IMG/VR virus record: IMGVR_UViG_3300037797_000149
Location: 1-64,000 of that record
Strand: one strand, 5' to 3'
DNA length: 64,000 nucleotides
From: a virus
The notes beneath the pieces are model-generated. The model made no database searches. It was not told the origin of the DNA and saw nothing but the letters and a program-made list of their open reading frames with translations. The position numbers and the translations under genes were made by a program. Shown here in pieces: positions 36,417 through 44,577 of this stretch. The first letter of the stretch is position 1. Every line of letters starts with the position of its first letter.

Positions 36417-36503
36417 CGGAAGATTGAGGAATCGAACCCCCGAGCTCTCACTCGTCGTTCCAGATTTCAAATCCGGTTGCCGGCCCAAGCGGCGAAATCT
36501 TCC
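36417..36503 (-). tRNA. tRNA-Ser (anticodon UGA), type II, slightly non-canonical
   Basis: Minus-strand fold: acceptor GGAAGAT/ATCTTCC; anticodon arm CCGGA-TTTGAAA-TCTGG; long variable arm CGAGT-GAGA-GCTCG; T-loop GGGGG-TTCGATT-CCTCA. There is an extra nt between acceptor and D stem, and one T-stem mismatch. Confidence 0.6.
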
Positions 36504-36517
36504 CTATTGAGAATGGT

Positions 36518-36567
36518 TCTGACGGCCCCTCCCGCCAAGGGACGGGTGGCTGGGAGGGGCCGTCAGA
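36518..36567 (-). terminator. rho-independent terminator of the LPXTG gene
   Basis: 16-bp perfect inverted repeat tctgacggcccctccc / gggaggggccgtcaga with an 18-nt loop, 9 nt beyond the stop. Confidence 0.7.
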
Positions 36568-36575
36568 CATCTTAA

Positions 36576-37838
36576 TTAGCTAATAGTGAGAAAGCGGCGC
36601 AGCAGCAGGCCCAGCCCGCCCAGGCCGATCAGCCCTGCAGCGGTCCCGGCCAGCATGGCCGACGAGCCACCCGAACCGGTGTCCGGAAGCTCACTGTCAT
36701 CATCGGGACTGCCCGGCAGATCTTCCTTGCCACAATTGACGGTGACCGACTTCCAGTCCTCACCCGCGACCCGGTATTCGACGACATGCTCGCCGCTGTT
36801 CTGGCTGAACTGAGCGCTCAGGACTTCGGACTCGCCCGGTTCAATATCCCGGGGAACGATCGAACCGTCATCCACCCGTGCCTCGCCTGTGACGGTCTCG
36901 TCAGTGTTGTTCGTGAACTCGACTTCTACAAGCTCGCACTTCTCGCTGGTGACGACTACTTCAACTCCATCATCAGAGGCATCCTTGCCGTCCTTGCCGT
37001 CCTTGCCATCTTTACCATCGGCTCCGTCGTTCCCGTCGCCGTCCTTACCGTCGCAGCCCTTTGCGGCATTGAAATCGAACGTCCAGGTCCAGTCGCCCTC
37101 TGTCAGCACGTAACCCTGATCGGCCCCTGCTGTGACTTCAAGAGTCTGTGGCAACGGAGTCACGTCAGAATCGGACTCGTGGCTGTAGGACACGCCCTCG
37201 ACCTCGGGAACGGTCAGTGTAGCGGGCTCGTCGCACACCGCCTGGGTGATTGCAGGATCTTCAGGTGCCACCTCAACACACGGTTCGACTTCCAGGGACA
37301 ACCACGTCGTGAATGGGTTCGGGTCATCCGGCCCAGCAATGGTCCATTCCCAACCGTGTTCAGCACCGTAGGCGTTGATGTCGTCCTTGAACTCATCGTT
37401 GGTCTGATCGCTGATACTTGGATGGCCGTCCCACAGCGGGACATCGTCATCACGTTCGCCGCCGCCAAACGCCCGGTAGTAGATGGTAAGTGGCTCGAAC
37501 GAGTCGGAGTAGAACGGGCCGACCTGGATGGGCTCGCCCCCCACAGGTACAGCTATAGTGCCGTCAGATCCGGCAACGACGAGGAGCGCGTTGTCAGCAG
37601 AGAAGTCCTTGGCATCCGTAGAGAGCACCGCGATTCCACAATCACCCAGCTCGTAGCTGATGGAATCAGATTCTCCGCCTTCGGTGGCGCTTGCCGGCGG
37701 GCCGGTGAAGAACACCGCCAGCACAAAGCCGAGCGTGGCCAGACCGGCCAGGAAGCGTTTCTTGAACGAGGGAACGAGGGAAACAGGTGCGCGGCGCCGC
37801 TTCGCGTGCTTCGCGGGCGCATGACGGGGTGTGTACAC
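36576..37838 (-). CDS. LPXTG cell-wall-anchored surface protein
   Basis: C-terminal 'LPDTG' plus a hydrophobic stretch plus 'RRF'. Signal peptide ending 'PPASA'. 'DGKDGKDGKDGKD' repeats. GTG 37838 is chosen because GGAGG lies 5 nt upstream and ATG 37892 lies upstream of the predicted transcription start. Confidence 0.75.
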   Translation of the reverse strand: MYTPRHAPAKHAKRRRAPVSLVPSFKKRFLAGLATLGFVLAVFFTGPPASATEGGESDSISYELGDCGIAVLSTDAKDFSADNALLVVAGSDGTIAVPVGGEPIQVGPFYSDSFEPLTIYYRAFGGGERDDDVPLWDGHPSISDQTNDEFKDDINAYGAEHGWEWTIAGPDDPNPFTTWLSLEVEPCVEVAPEDPAITQAVCDEPATLTVPEVEGVSYSHESDSDVTPLPQTLEVTAGADQGYVLTEGDWTWTFDFNAAKGCDGKDGDGNDGADGKDGKDGKDGKDASDDGVEVVVTSEKCELVEVEFTNNTDETVTGEARVDDGSIVPRDIEPGESEVLSAQFSQNSGEHVVEYRVAGEDWKSVTVNCGKEDLPGSPDDDSELPDTGSGGSSAMLAGTAAGLIGLGGLGLLLRRFLTIS

Positions 37839-37894
37839 AGGGCCTCCAAGGATTTGAGGGGGTAAGATCGATGTCTTTTCAAACGAACGCATTA

Positions 37895-37923
37895 TTTGTA
37901 TCAGGGATTAGGACTTGTGTCAA
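37895..37923 (-). promoter_or_regulatory. promoter, conserved family (TTGACA-17-TGaTACAAA)
   Basis: The minus strand reads ttgacacaagtcctaatcccTGATACAAA, with a perfect -35. It drives the LPXTG gene and overlaps the divergent phosphatase promoter. Confidence 0.6.
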
Positions 37924-37945
37924 AGATCTCGGTAGGATCAGCGGC

Positions 37946-38428
37946 ATGACACTCACAGACGACTGGGACGACATCGCAACGAAAACCATCCCCATCACCA
38001 ACCATGTCCGCGTCCCCCTGATCACCCGCGTGACCGGGAATCTCTACATGGGCGGATGCCTGGACGAGACCCGGCTGCCCAGCGACTTCGGCCTGGTGAT
38101 CGCGGCCTACCAGTCGGAGAAATACACCCTGGGTGAGAACACCCGGCGATTCGACTACGAGATGCTCGACGGACCCGACGTCCCCGCAAAGGAACAACTG
38201 GAACACGCGGCGCGAACCGTGCTGACTCACATGTCGGCAAGCCCAGACTCCAAAGTCCTCATCCACTGCCAGGCCGGCCTCAACCGCAGCGCCCTGATCA
38301 CCGTCTACACCATGTGGACCGCTGGATGGAGCATCGCCAGCGCAATCGAACTACTGCGACTCAGACGATCGGAGTGGGTCCTGTACAACAACGACTTCCA
38401 CGACTTCCTGACCGGGCTCGACGACTGA
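37946..38428 (+). CDS. dual-specificity / tyrosine protein phosphatase
   Basis: Active-site 'HCQAGLNRS' (CX5R). TAGGAT (37933-37938) lies 7 nt before the ATG, so the mRNA may be leaderless. Confidence 0.75.
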   Translation: MTLTDDWDDIATKTIPITNHVRVPLITRVTGNLYMGGCLDETRLPSDFGLVIAAYQSEKYTLGENTRRFDYEMLDGPDVPAKEQLEHAARTVLTHMSASPDSKVLIHCQAGLNRSALITVYTMWTAGWSIASAIELLRLRRSEWVLYNNDFHDFLTGLDD

Positions 38429-38701
38429 ACCACCGGCACGCTCATACTCGTTGATCTGGAGAGACAGGACATCGGCAAACGCGGAGAAATCCCGTGCCAG
38501 ACGCTGAGCCAGCACCACAGCCCGCTTGCCCGCCATCAACGTCTGGGGACGGGGGAAGGCCAGACATCGCTGATTCCAGGCCCAGATGCAATCCTCGAGC
38601 TCAGTGGAGGCGAACCTGGCCCCCTCGGGCAGGGGAGGAAGGTCTGGAAGGGTCATGTCAGTCACGCGAAACGCGGGCCGGGGGTCTCCAGAAGTCACCA
38701 T
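38351..38701 (-). CDS. hypothetical protein
   Basis: ORF 38351..38818 trimmed to ATG 38701 (GGGAGAG upstream). Its 3' end overlaps the convergent phosphatase gene. Confidence 0.45.
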   Translation of the reverse strand: MVTSGDPRPAFRVTDMTLPDLPPLPEGARFASTELEDCIWAWNQRCLAFPRPQTLMAGKRAVVLAQRLARDFSAFADVLSLQINEYERAGGSVVEPGQEVVEVVVVQDPLRSSESQ

Positions 38702-38874
38702 GATCTCTCCCACCAGGGCAGGCCCGTGAGGGAGAGTACGAGTCTGATGACGAGAAAGGCTGCGGCACAGGCCGCCCATCTCAGCAGGAAGAAAAAAACC
38801 AGGTGGCCCACATCCCACCGATTGACCGTGTCCACATTCTCAAGCAGTTCGCGGATACCCATAGTGCGTTTCAT
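38695..38874 (-). CDS. small membrane protein (59 aa)
   Basis: ATG 38874 with GGTGAGGA upstream. 'HLVFFFLLRWAACAAAFLVIRLVLSL'. Below the ORF-track cut-off. Confidence 0.45.
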   Translation of the reverse strand: MKRTMGIRELLENVDTVNRWDVGHLVFFFLLRWAACAAAFLVIRLVLSLTGLPWWERSW

Positions 38875-38884
38875 CCGTCAGTCC

Positions 38885-39268
38885 TCACCCTCCACTTGGG
38901 GGATTCGTCATCCCGCATTCGTAGCAGAAAAGCTCATCAGGGGTGTCCACGACAATCTGACCGGCCGTATTCCGCAATCGGAAACCGCCACGCATATCGG
39001 TATCGGAATGGGTGCATTCAAACTGGCGCGTCAAGCGGCCGGCCGAGACCATAGCCTCCTCCAGCTTCTGATCGCACATGTCGCAATGACCGGCGATCAG
39101 GGGTAAGCCGTTCTCATGTTGCCAGCGCAGCCTCTCAGACCATTCACTGGCGAGAATGCTGTCCAGGCACTCGATGTAGGTCTCGGTATCGCCGAACAAC
39201 CAGTCCAGACCATCGTGGTGGCAGGGGTAACGCATGCGATGCGCTGCGGGGCGGTCCGAGGTGGTCAT
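38885..39268 (-). CDS. Cys/His-rich hypothetical protein
   Basis: ORF 38885..39472 trimmed to ATG 39268 (ATGA overlap). Confidence 0.5.
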   Translation of the reverse strand: MTTSDRPAAHRMRYPCHHDGLDWLFGDTETYIECLDSILASEWSERLRWQHENGLPLIAGHCDMCDQKLEEAMVSAGRLTRQFECTHSDTDMRGGFRLRNTAGQIVVDTPDELFCYECGMTNPPSGG

Positions 39269-39462
39269 GGAATCTCCCCTGTCAGCAACGCGACTCCAAG
39301 GACGACCGACCCGAACAGCCCCAGCGTGACGATGAGCAATGCGAGGAAACTCACGACCCTGGAGATGGTCTTGACCCATCCGACGGTCTTCCCAAAGTAG
39401 ACGAACATCGAAGCGGGAAGGATACTGAGAATCGCGCCGCCGAGGAACTGCCACCCGCTCAC
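39265..39462 (-). CDS. small two-TM membrane protein
   Basis: 65-aa hydrophobic ORF with an overlap-coupled start. Confidence 0.55.
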   Translation of the reverse strand: MSGWQFLGGAILSILPASMFVYFGKTVGWVKTISRVVSFLALLIVTLGLFGSVVLGVALLTGEIP

Positions 39463-39710
39463 GAGGGATCATCCCGGCTCTCTGGCGGGAGCTGGGAAGT
39501 CTGCTCCGCGACCCAGGTGGTGTCGAAAACCACCGACGTCATCATGCCCGTGTCGCTCTTGGACGAGATGGACTTCGCCTCGAGATGACGCAGAGCGTAA
39601 TGGCGGTCCCCGAAATAGGCGCGTGCGACGGCATGCGCCTCGGCTTCGGCCAGGATGAAATTCAGGTTGCCACTAGTCTCAATGATCAGCGTGCTGACGC
39701 GTATCTTCAT
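39459..39710 (-). CDS. hypothetical protein
   Basis: ORF 39459..39776 trimmed to ATG 39710 (GGTGAGGG upstream). Confidence 0.5.
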   Translation of the reverse strand: MKIRVSTLIIETSGNLNFILAEAEAHAVARAYFGDRHYALRHLEAKSISSKSDTGMMTSVVFDTTWVAEQTSQLPPESRDDPS

Positions 39711-39715
39711 GACCC

Positions 39716-39976
39716 TCACCATCCTGCCGGTGTTGGCGGCGTGGCGTCGTCCAGGATCTGGTGATACAGCCTCCACGAAGTCTCATGAGGCCGGTCGGTG
39801 GGATTACTTCCAACCCAGTCCCGATCACTCCAAGCCACCCGGGCCCATTCGATGTCGTCGAAGCGGTCCGCCTCCTGTCTGGCCAGAAGAGGGTCAGAGA
39901 ACACGCCGAGAATCTCCCGGCCCCTCGTATGCTGGAGAATCCACACGATCCCAGGCTTTTCGTCAGTCTTCGTCAT
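39716..39976 (-). CDS. hypothetical protein
   Basis: ORF 39716..40213 trimmed to ATG 39976. Confidence 0.45.
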   Translation of the reverse strand: MTKTDEKPGIVWILQHTRGREILGVFSDPLLARQEADRFDDIEWARVAWSDRDWVGSNPTDRPHETSWRLYHQILDDATPPTPAGW

Positions 39977-40340
39977 GACTCGTTCCGCCTTCCTCGAATT
40001 CCCCTGTAGCGGTGACGACGGATAGCTTCGTGTAGTCGCCCAGCACTTCTTGAAGTACGAGGTCTGCGTTGTCCAATCCGACCTCGACGCTCTCCCTTTG
40101 TGCTCCCTGGCCTCTGTTCTGCCACTCCCCGAGGAAGAACACTTGGTGATAATCAAGGCCGATCCGATCCATACCGTGTTCCTTGCGCATGGTGTTTCGC
40201 AGGAGATCTGCATTCTGCATGGTGTGCGTGATAATGATCCGGCTCCAATACGGCCATGTGTTGATCTCGTGCCCTTGCTTCACCCACTTGATCAACTTGG
40301 TGGTCTTTCCTTCCCCCTGGTCCAGGATGATGAATTTCAT
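39963..40340 (-). CDS. small P-loop protein
   Basis: 'ILDQGEGKTTKL' is Walker-A-like. ATG 40340 lies 5 nt after AGGAGG. Confidence 0.45.
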   Translation of the reverse strand: MKFIILDQGEGKTTKLIKWVKQGHEINTWPYWSRIIITHTMQNADLLRNTMRKEHGMDRIGLDYHQVFFLGEWQNRGQGAQRESVEVGLDNADLVLQEVLGDYTKLSVVTATGEFEEGGTSHDED

Positions 40341-40351
40341 GACGTCCTCCT

Positions 40352-40624
40352 TCATCTCTGCCGGGCGGTCTTCAACTGAACCTTCAACTGCTCGATCTCA
40401 ACCATGAGGTGGGCGTTCTCTACCCCCAGTTCGAGAAGCATCTCTCGCAGCACATGACGCTCGCCGGCCAGACGCTCCAGACCTATGAATGCTTCACGGA
40501 TTTCTCTGCGAGCCTTACGCTTGGTCTCCTTCGGATCGAGATCGGCGTAGTTCGTCGCACCGAGCTGGTCGAGATACGACTCGATTTCCTGCCAGTCGTA
40601 GTCCGTGCCCGTCTCATTCGTCAT
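40352..40624 (-). CDS. hypothetical protein (coiled coil)
   Basis: 90-aa ORF with an ATGA overlap upstream. Confidence 0.5.
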   Translation of the reverse strand: MTNETGTDYDWQEIESYLDQLGATNYADLDPKETKRKARREIREAFIGLERLAGERHVLREMLLELGVENAHLMVEIEQLKVQLKTARQR

Positions 40625-40869
40625 GACTCATCACGTCCTTTCATGTTCGAAGCCTTTTCAGCCGCCCTGGCCTTCATGCGCTCCTCCAGATCCGCGGCGG
40701 CGTCGACCAGCAGATCGGTGAGCTCATCGGTCTTCACACCCAGCAGGCCCGCGCCCGAATGCTGCGAATCGACCTGAAGATGTCCGATCAGCAGACACCT
40801 GGCGCCCTCAGGGCCAAGGCGTATGTACACGGGGATGTGGAACTTCTCAGAGACCGCCATGCGTGTCAC
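40621..40869 (-). CDS. hypothetical protein
   Basis: 82-aa ORF, overlap-coupled. Confidence 0.5.
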   Translation of the reverse strand: MTRMAVSEKFHIPVYIRLGPEGARCLLIGHLQVDSQHSGAGLLGVKTDELTDLLVDAAADLEERMKARAAEKASNMKGRDES

Positions 40870-41156
40870 CAGTGTTCCGGTTTTGGAAGAGGTGAGCGGG
40901 GAAGCTCCCAGTCCACCACGAAGTCAAACATGTCCATGTTCAGCGCCTGCGCCAGAACTCCACGGGCGAGACCCACGACACCATCGAAAGCACTCCCGGT
41001 CGCCAGCAGGATCCGACGGCCGTCATCGTCTTGCGCTGCGGTTTCGAACAGCCCTCCAGTTTCCGGCGACGGGCTGGAGACCACGATCCGGTACATGGGC
41101 TTGCCCGTGATCTGGGACCGGCCGACCGGCTGAAGCGAATTATTCGTTAATGTCAT
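40866..41156 (-). CDS. hypothetical protein
   Basis: ORF 40866..41312 trimmed to ATG 41156 (GAAGGTGGTGG upstream). Confidence 0.5.
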   Translation of the reverse strand: MTLTNNSLQPVGRSQITGKPMYRIVVSSPSPETGGLFETAAQDDDGRRILLATGSAFDGVVGLARGVLAQALNMDMFDFVVDWELPRSPLPKPEHW

Positions 41157-41580
41157 CACCACCACCTTCGCTTTCGGAATTTTCGAGGATTTGGAGAATC
41201 CGTTCTGCAAGACACCCAGCGTGTATCCGGTAGCACGTTGGCCAATGCGCCTTCTTACGTTTCTCAGTAGCAGCACGCATTGAATCCCGGTGCTCATGCG
41301 TCTGGAGCACATTCACCGATAGGTCACGCACAGCATCGCACTTGGCCTGCTGCCACCCGACCTCATAGAGCAGTTTCATCGCATCGTCAGGGGCTATGGA
41401 GGACTCCGACCGCTTCCGAATGATGTTCAGCTCTTCGGCGGTCAAAGGTCTAGCCGGATCCGGGCGCATGAGCGCTTCGATCTTCTCCCGTTCGCCACAG
41501 TTACACGCATAAGTCACGCGACCGGACGATTTGTCGGGGCAGCCCTCTTCATGCCAGAACGGTCCCTGGTGTTCAATCAT
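41140..41580 (-). CDS. hypothetical protein
   Basis: ORF 41140..41595 trimmed to ATG 41580 (GGAGGTGG upstream). Confidence 0.5.
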   Translation of the reverse strand: MIEHQGPFWHEEGCPDKSSGRVTYACNCGEREKIEALMRPDPARPLTAEELNIIRKRSESSIAPDDAMKLLYEVGWQQAKCDAVRDLSVNVLQTHEHRDSMRAATEKRKKAHWPTCYRIHAGCLAERILQILENSESEGGGDDINE

Positions 41581-41875
41581 CGTCGCCACCTCCATTAACG
41601 GTCAGCCCTTCGATGGCGTGGTCGCAGGGGCGGACATCGGCTCCGGCGAAGCGGAATTTCCCGACGCCGTAGTAGGGGTAGGCGCCCACGCATCCCGAGT
41701 TCTGTTCAGAATGGTTCGGGCCAGTGCAGCAATCACACCAATGCCAATCGTCGTGTCCCCGGGGGAGGTCGCATCCGTGGCTGCCCCAGTAGACGTCACA
41801 GACGTCCGGATTCGGCGAGAGACGCCCCACAGAGCCAGGGTCCGCCGCCCACGGTTCCACCGGGCCGCCTAGCAC
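41573..41875 (-). CDS. Cys/His-rich hypothetical protein
   Basis: GTG 41875 overlaps the upstream stop. Contains 'CDVYWGSHGCD...HWCDCC'. Confidence 0.45.
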   Translation of the reverse strand: MLGGPVEPWAADPGSVGRLSPNPDVCDVYWGSHGCDLPRGHDDWHWCDCCTGPNHSEQNSGCVGAYPYYGVGKFRFAGADVRPCDHAIEGLTVNGGGDDD

Positions 41876-42060
41876 GAGATTCCCCTGCCGTGAAGGGCAC
41901 AGTCGACCACTGCATACCCGCCTTCTTCCGCCGACAACGGCGAAGCATCGCTGACCATCCGCACGATCCTGGTGAATCGCCCACACTTCGGGCACTGCGC
42001 TGAACCTTTCGGGACAGGCCGCGTGAGGAAGAGACCTCGGGCGCCATCTAGATCACTCAT
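41869..42060 (-). CDS. zinc-ribbon hypothetical protein
   Basis: ATG 42060 lies 5 nt after GGAGG. Contains 'CPKCG...C'. Confidence 0.5.
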   Translation of the reverse strand: MSDLDGARGLFLTRPVPKGSAQCPKCGRFTRIVRMVSDASPLSAEEGGYAVVDCALHGRGISC

Positions 42061-42490
42061 CGCCACCTCCGTCGAGAATGACCGCCGTCATGCATTGCGG
42101 CACGTCTTTACCATGGCGATGGCCCAGACAATCCTCAGTCTGATATCGGCTGCCCTGCATGCAGCACGACCAGCAGATCGAGTACTGATAGCCGTCGTCA
42201 CAGACCAGGCCGACCTCTTCGACCTCGCGAACGCCGTCAGGCAGACTGCCGTCGCCGTTCCATTCGTGCTCATGACCGCACTCGTCGAAGATCTTATGCG
42301 GCTGATGCAGCTCGCGTATGTCAGCGAGCTTGTTCAGCGCGGTGTCGCGTTCAATGCGCGTTTTCCGCACTTCCCAGACCAGGTGATGTCCGTCGCTACT
42401 ATCAGGCCGGCCTCGATTGGCCCGGATGGCGTACGGTCCCAGATCCAGGTCTGCGACGGTGATACGGATTGCGTCAGGCATCGTCGTCAC
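42053..42490 (-). CDS. hypothetical protein, N-terminal domain paralogous to 43403..43780
   Basis: 145 aa. 'DLDLGPYAIRANRGRPDSSDGHHLVWEVRKTRIERDTA' aligns with 'DLALEPYDLRALRGWPSSHDVHDLVREVYKTRKERDEA'. Confidence 0.55.
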   Translation of the reverse strand: MTTMPDAIRITVADLDLGPYAIRANRGRPDSSDGHHLVWEVRKTRIERDTALNKLADIRELHQPHKIFDECGHEHEWNGDGSLPDGVREVEEVGLVCDDGYQYSICWSCCMQGSRYQTEDCLGHRHGKDVPQCMTAVILDGGGDE

Positions 42491-42809
42491 CCGCTTTCGC
42501 GAGCACGTCGGCGGCGGTCATGCCGTTGATTCGGATCAGTGGTGCGTGGTGGCAGGCCGTGGCGTACGCGGTCAGGTAGTCGAACCGGGTGCGCTCAATG
42601 AAATCGTCTTCGCGAGATGACGGGATTGGTTCGTACTCCCATTCGCCGTCGCTGTTGAAGACCTTGCTGAGGAACTTGACGGCGTACTTGTCGCCGCCGC
42701 GCCACACGACCTTGACGCACCAGGGGTCACGGTTGATGTTGTCGGCAGGCAGCAGGCTGACCGTGATCTCGGTGACCAAGACATGAAGCTCACTCACCGT
42801 CGCCACCAC
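42474..42809 (-). CDS. hypothetical protein
   Basis: 111-aa ORF. The start is uncertain among GTG 42809, 42806 and 42797. Confidence 0.45.
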   Translation of the reverse strand: MVATVSELHVLVTEITVSLLPADNINRDPWCVKVVWRGGDKYAVKFLSKVFNSDGEWEYEPIPSSREDDFIERTRFDYLTAYATACHHAPLIRINGMTAADVLAKAGDDDA

Positions 42810-43413
42810 CCTTCAATGCTTTGGCCATCTCACACGTCACGCACATGCAGTTCGATCCGATGGACAGGCCCTCATGTCTGGCGTGGATCTCTAGCGCGGC
42901 GTCGATCCTGGCCTGTGTCACAGTGAGGGCATCCACGTACGCCTGAATGGCGCGCGCGGCTTCAGCACTGTCGGCTTCCGCCCTCTCGGCGCGGTCAAAA
43001 GCGGCATCACGTTCCCGGATCACACTCGCCTCGCGCGTACGGAGTTCCTCGACCAGCAAATCAAGCCGGTCAATGTTCTCGCTCCGATACGCAGCCAGCC
43101 CGTCTACGGCCTTGAACCGACGATGCGACTCTTCGATCTCATCCAGCAGCTTCGGCACCCACTCGCGAGCGGCAGCGATGAACTCGGCGTCAGCTTCGTC
43201 TAGGTCTGCGTAAGCCAGAACCTGTGGGATGCCGCCATAGACGACGCCGGTCGGGTGGAATCGAATATCGGAATCTCGCCACTCGTTCCCGTTCCGGTCG
43301 CCCTCGTGATAGTTGTGGCGAACGGACCATGGCCCAGGCGTGGCCTTGCCGACACGTTCGCGGATCTCGGCCAGCTCTTCGGCGGTCATCGGGTCAGAGG
43401 GGTCACTCATCAT
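42790..43413 (-). CDS. hypothetical protein (PGPW motif + coiled coil; Ead/Ea22-like?)
   Basis: ORF 42790..43488 trimmed to ATG 43413. Contains 'GKATPGPWSV' followed by a long Ala/Glu/Arg coiled coil. Confidence 0.45.
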   Translation of the reverse strand: MMSDPSDPMTAEELAEIRERVGKATPGPWSVRHNYHEGDRNGNEWRDSDIRFHPTGVVYGGIPQVLAYADLDEADAEFIAAAREWVPKLLDEIEESHRRFKAVDGLAAYRSENIDRLDLLVEELRTREASVIRERDAAFDRAERAEADSAEAARAIQAYVDALTVTQARIDAALEIHARHEGLSIGSNCMCVTCEMAKALKGGGDGE

Positions 43414-43780
43414 CTGCCTCACTGAAAATCGAGCCATCGGCGATGGCCTTGTTGAGTGCGGCCGCCGCTCCAGGACCGTGCACCTCATCGATGCGGTCGT
43501 CGAGTCTTTTCTCGGTTATCAGGTCGATCGAGACGCCGTCGAGAATTCGCTGCACATCTAACACGTCAACGACCTGATGGCGAAGCCCGCCGGCGTTATA
43601 CGCCTCAAACGAGAAGTGGTCGATCAGTTTGTGGACGGCGTCGAGCTTGACCTGCGCCTCGTCGCGCTCTTTGCGCGTCTTGTAGACCTCGCGAACTAGA
43701 TCGTGCACATCGTGGCTGCTTGGCCAGCCGCGCAAGGCTCGTAAGTCATACGGCTCTAGCGCGAGATCGTCAGTCGTCAT
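43403..43780 (-). CDS. hypothetical protein, paralogue of 42053..42490 N-domain
   Basis: ORF 43403..43792 trimmed to ATG 43780 ('MTTDD...'). Confidence 0.5.
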   Translation of the reverse strand: MTTDDLALEPYDLRALRGWPSSHDVHDLVREVYKTRKERDEAQVKLDAVHKLIDHFSFEAYNAGGLRHQVVDVLDVQRILDGVSIDLITEKRLDDRIDEVHGPGAAAALNKAIADGSIFSEADDE

Positions 43781-44168
43781 TTCGTATCTCACTGTCCTTG
43801 ATCCGCTGATCAGTCCACGGCAGCGCCAGACCGTCGTTCTCGCGGCGTGGCACTACGTGTAGATGGAGATGGAACACGCTCTGAGTGGCCGGTCTGCCGA
43901 CGCTGGTAATGATGTTCACGCTCTTGTACCGCTCGTCGCCCTGTTCGGCCATGGAAGCGGCCCACGTAGCTGCGTCCCGCATCGCAAGGGCAGACGTCTG
44001 CGGATCTTCGCAGGCGTCGGTGACATGCTTGACCGGGATGACCAGGAAATGGCCGTCAACGACCGGCTTGAGCGGTGTGATCGCGAAGCACACGCTGTTG
44101 GCGTGGAACACGTGCGCCGGCTCGAATCCCAACACGATCCGGCAGAACACGCAGAACTCACTAGTCAT
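43770..44168 (-). CDS. HIT (histidine triad) family nucleotide hydrolase/transferase
   Basis: 'HLHLHVVP' histidine triad and N-terminal 'CVFC'. The start sits in the GAGGTGCGCGATGAC module. Confidence 0.75.
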   Translation of the reverse strand: MTSEFCVFCRIVLGFEPAHVFHANSVCFAITPLKPVVDGHFLVIPVKHVTDACEDPQTSALAMRDAATWAASMAEQGDERYKSVNIITSVGRPATQSVFHLHLHVVPRRENDGLALPWTDQRIKDSEIRNDD

Positions 44169-44577
44169 CGCGCACCTCGCTGTTCTGAATTTTCACTCGC
44201 TGATGTCTACGGCACCTATCGTCATGCGATCCGAATGCTCCACCGTGTACTGGACAATCGACGCACTCAAATTCAGGCCACTCCTGACTCTTTACGCGCT
44301 TGCCACGATTTCCTATGGCAGCACCCCACATACAGCAGCACTCACTCTTTGTGTCAGATTTGCCTGAACATCCGCATGTCGCGGTATGGCGATTGTCATG
44401 CTTTCCGTCAGTACCCAGCGGGCGATGCCGATCGCACTCATCGATCAACCGCCCGATCAGATCGGAATCACGCTGGATTTGTGCAACATCCCAATCGCGA
44501 TGGCTCACGGCACTTTGCGCGCGGCAGAGGGTCTCGCGAATCTGCTTCGGAAGATCGGGAACGCTCAGCTCAGTCAT
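44161..44577 (-). CDS. Cys-rich hypothetical protein
   Basis: ORF 44161..44811 trimmed to ATG 44577 inside GGGTGCGCGATGAC (ATGA overlap). Confidence 0.5.
   Translation of the reverse strand: MTELSVPDLPKQIRETLCRAQSAVSHRDWDVAQIQRDSDLIGRLIDECDRHRPLGTDGKHDNRHTATCGCSGKSDTKSECCCMWGAAIGNRGKRVKSQEWPEFECVDCPVHGGAFGSHDDRCRRHQRVKIQNSEVRDD

Noticed and set aside
35382-36488. A 368-aa minus-strand ORF spanning the HAD phosphatase gene, two terminators' worth of sequence and part of the tRNA.
   Set aside because: It runs antisense to three motif-supported plus-strand genes and through a tRNA. It has a TTG start and an off-frame-like composition.
36417-36503. The tRNA as a prophage attachment site (attP/attL).
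   Set aside because: There is no integrase or recombinase gene anywhere in the window, and no duplicated tRNA 3' fragment is seen. The tRNA is full length and bracketed by phage terminators.
37890-37892. ATG 37892 as the start of the LPXTG gene (the longest ORF).
   Set aside because: It lies only 2 nt from the -10 hexamer of the predicted promoter, upstream of the likely transcription start, and it has no RBS. GTG 37838 has GGAGG 5 nt upstream and still yields a good signal peptide.
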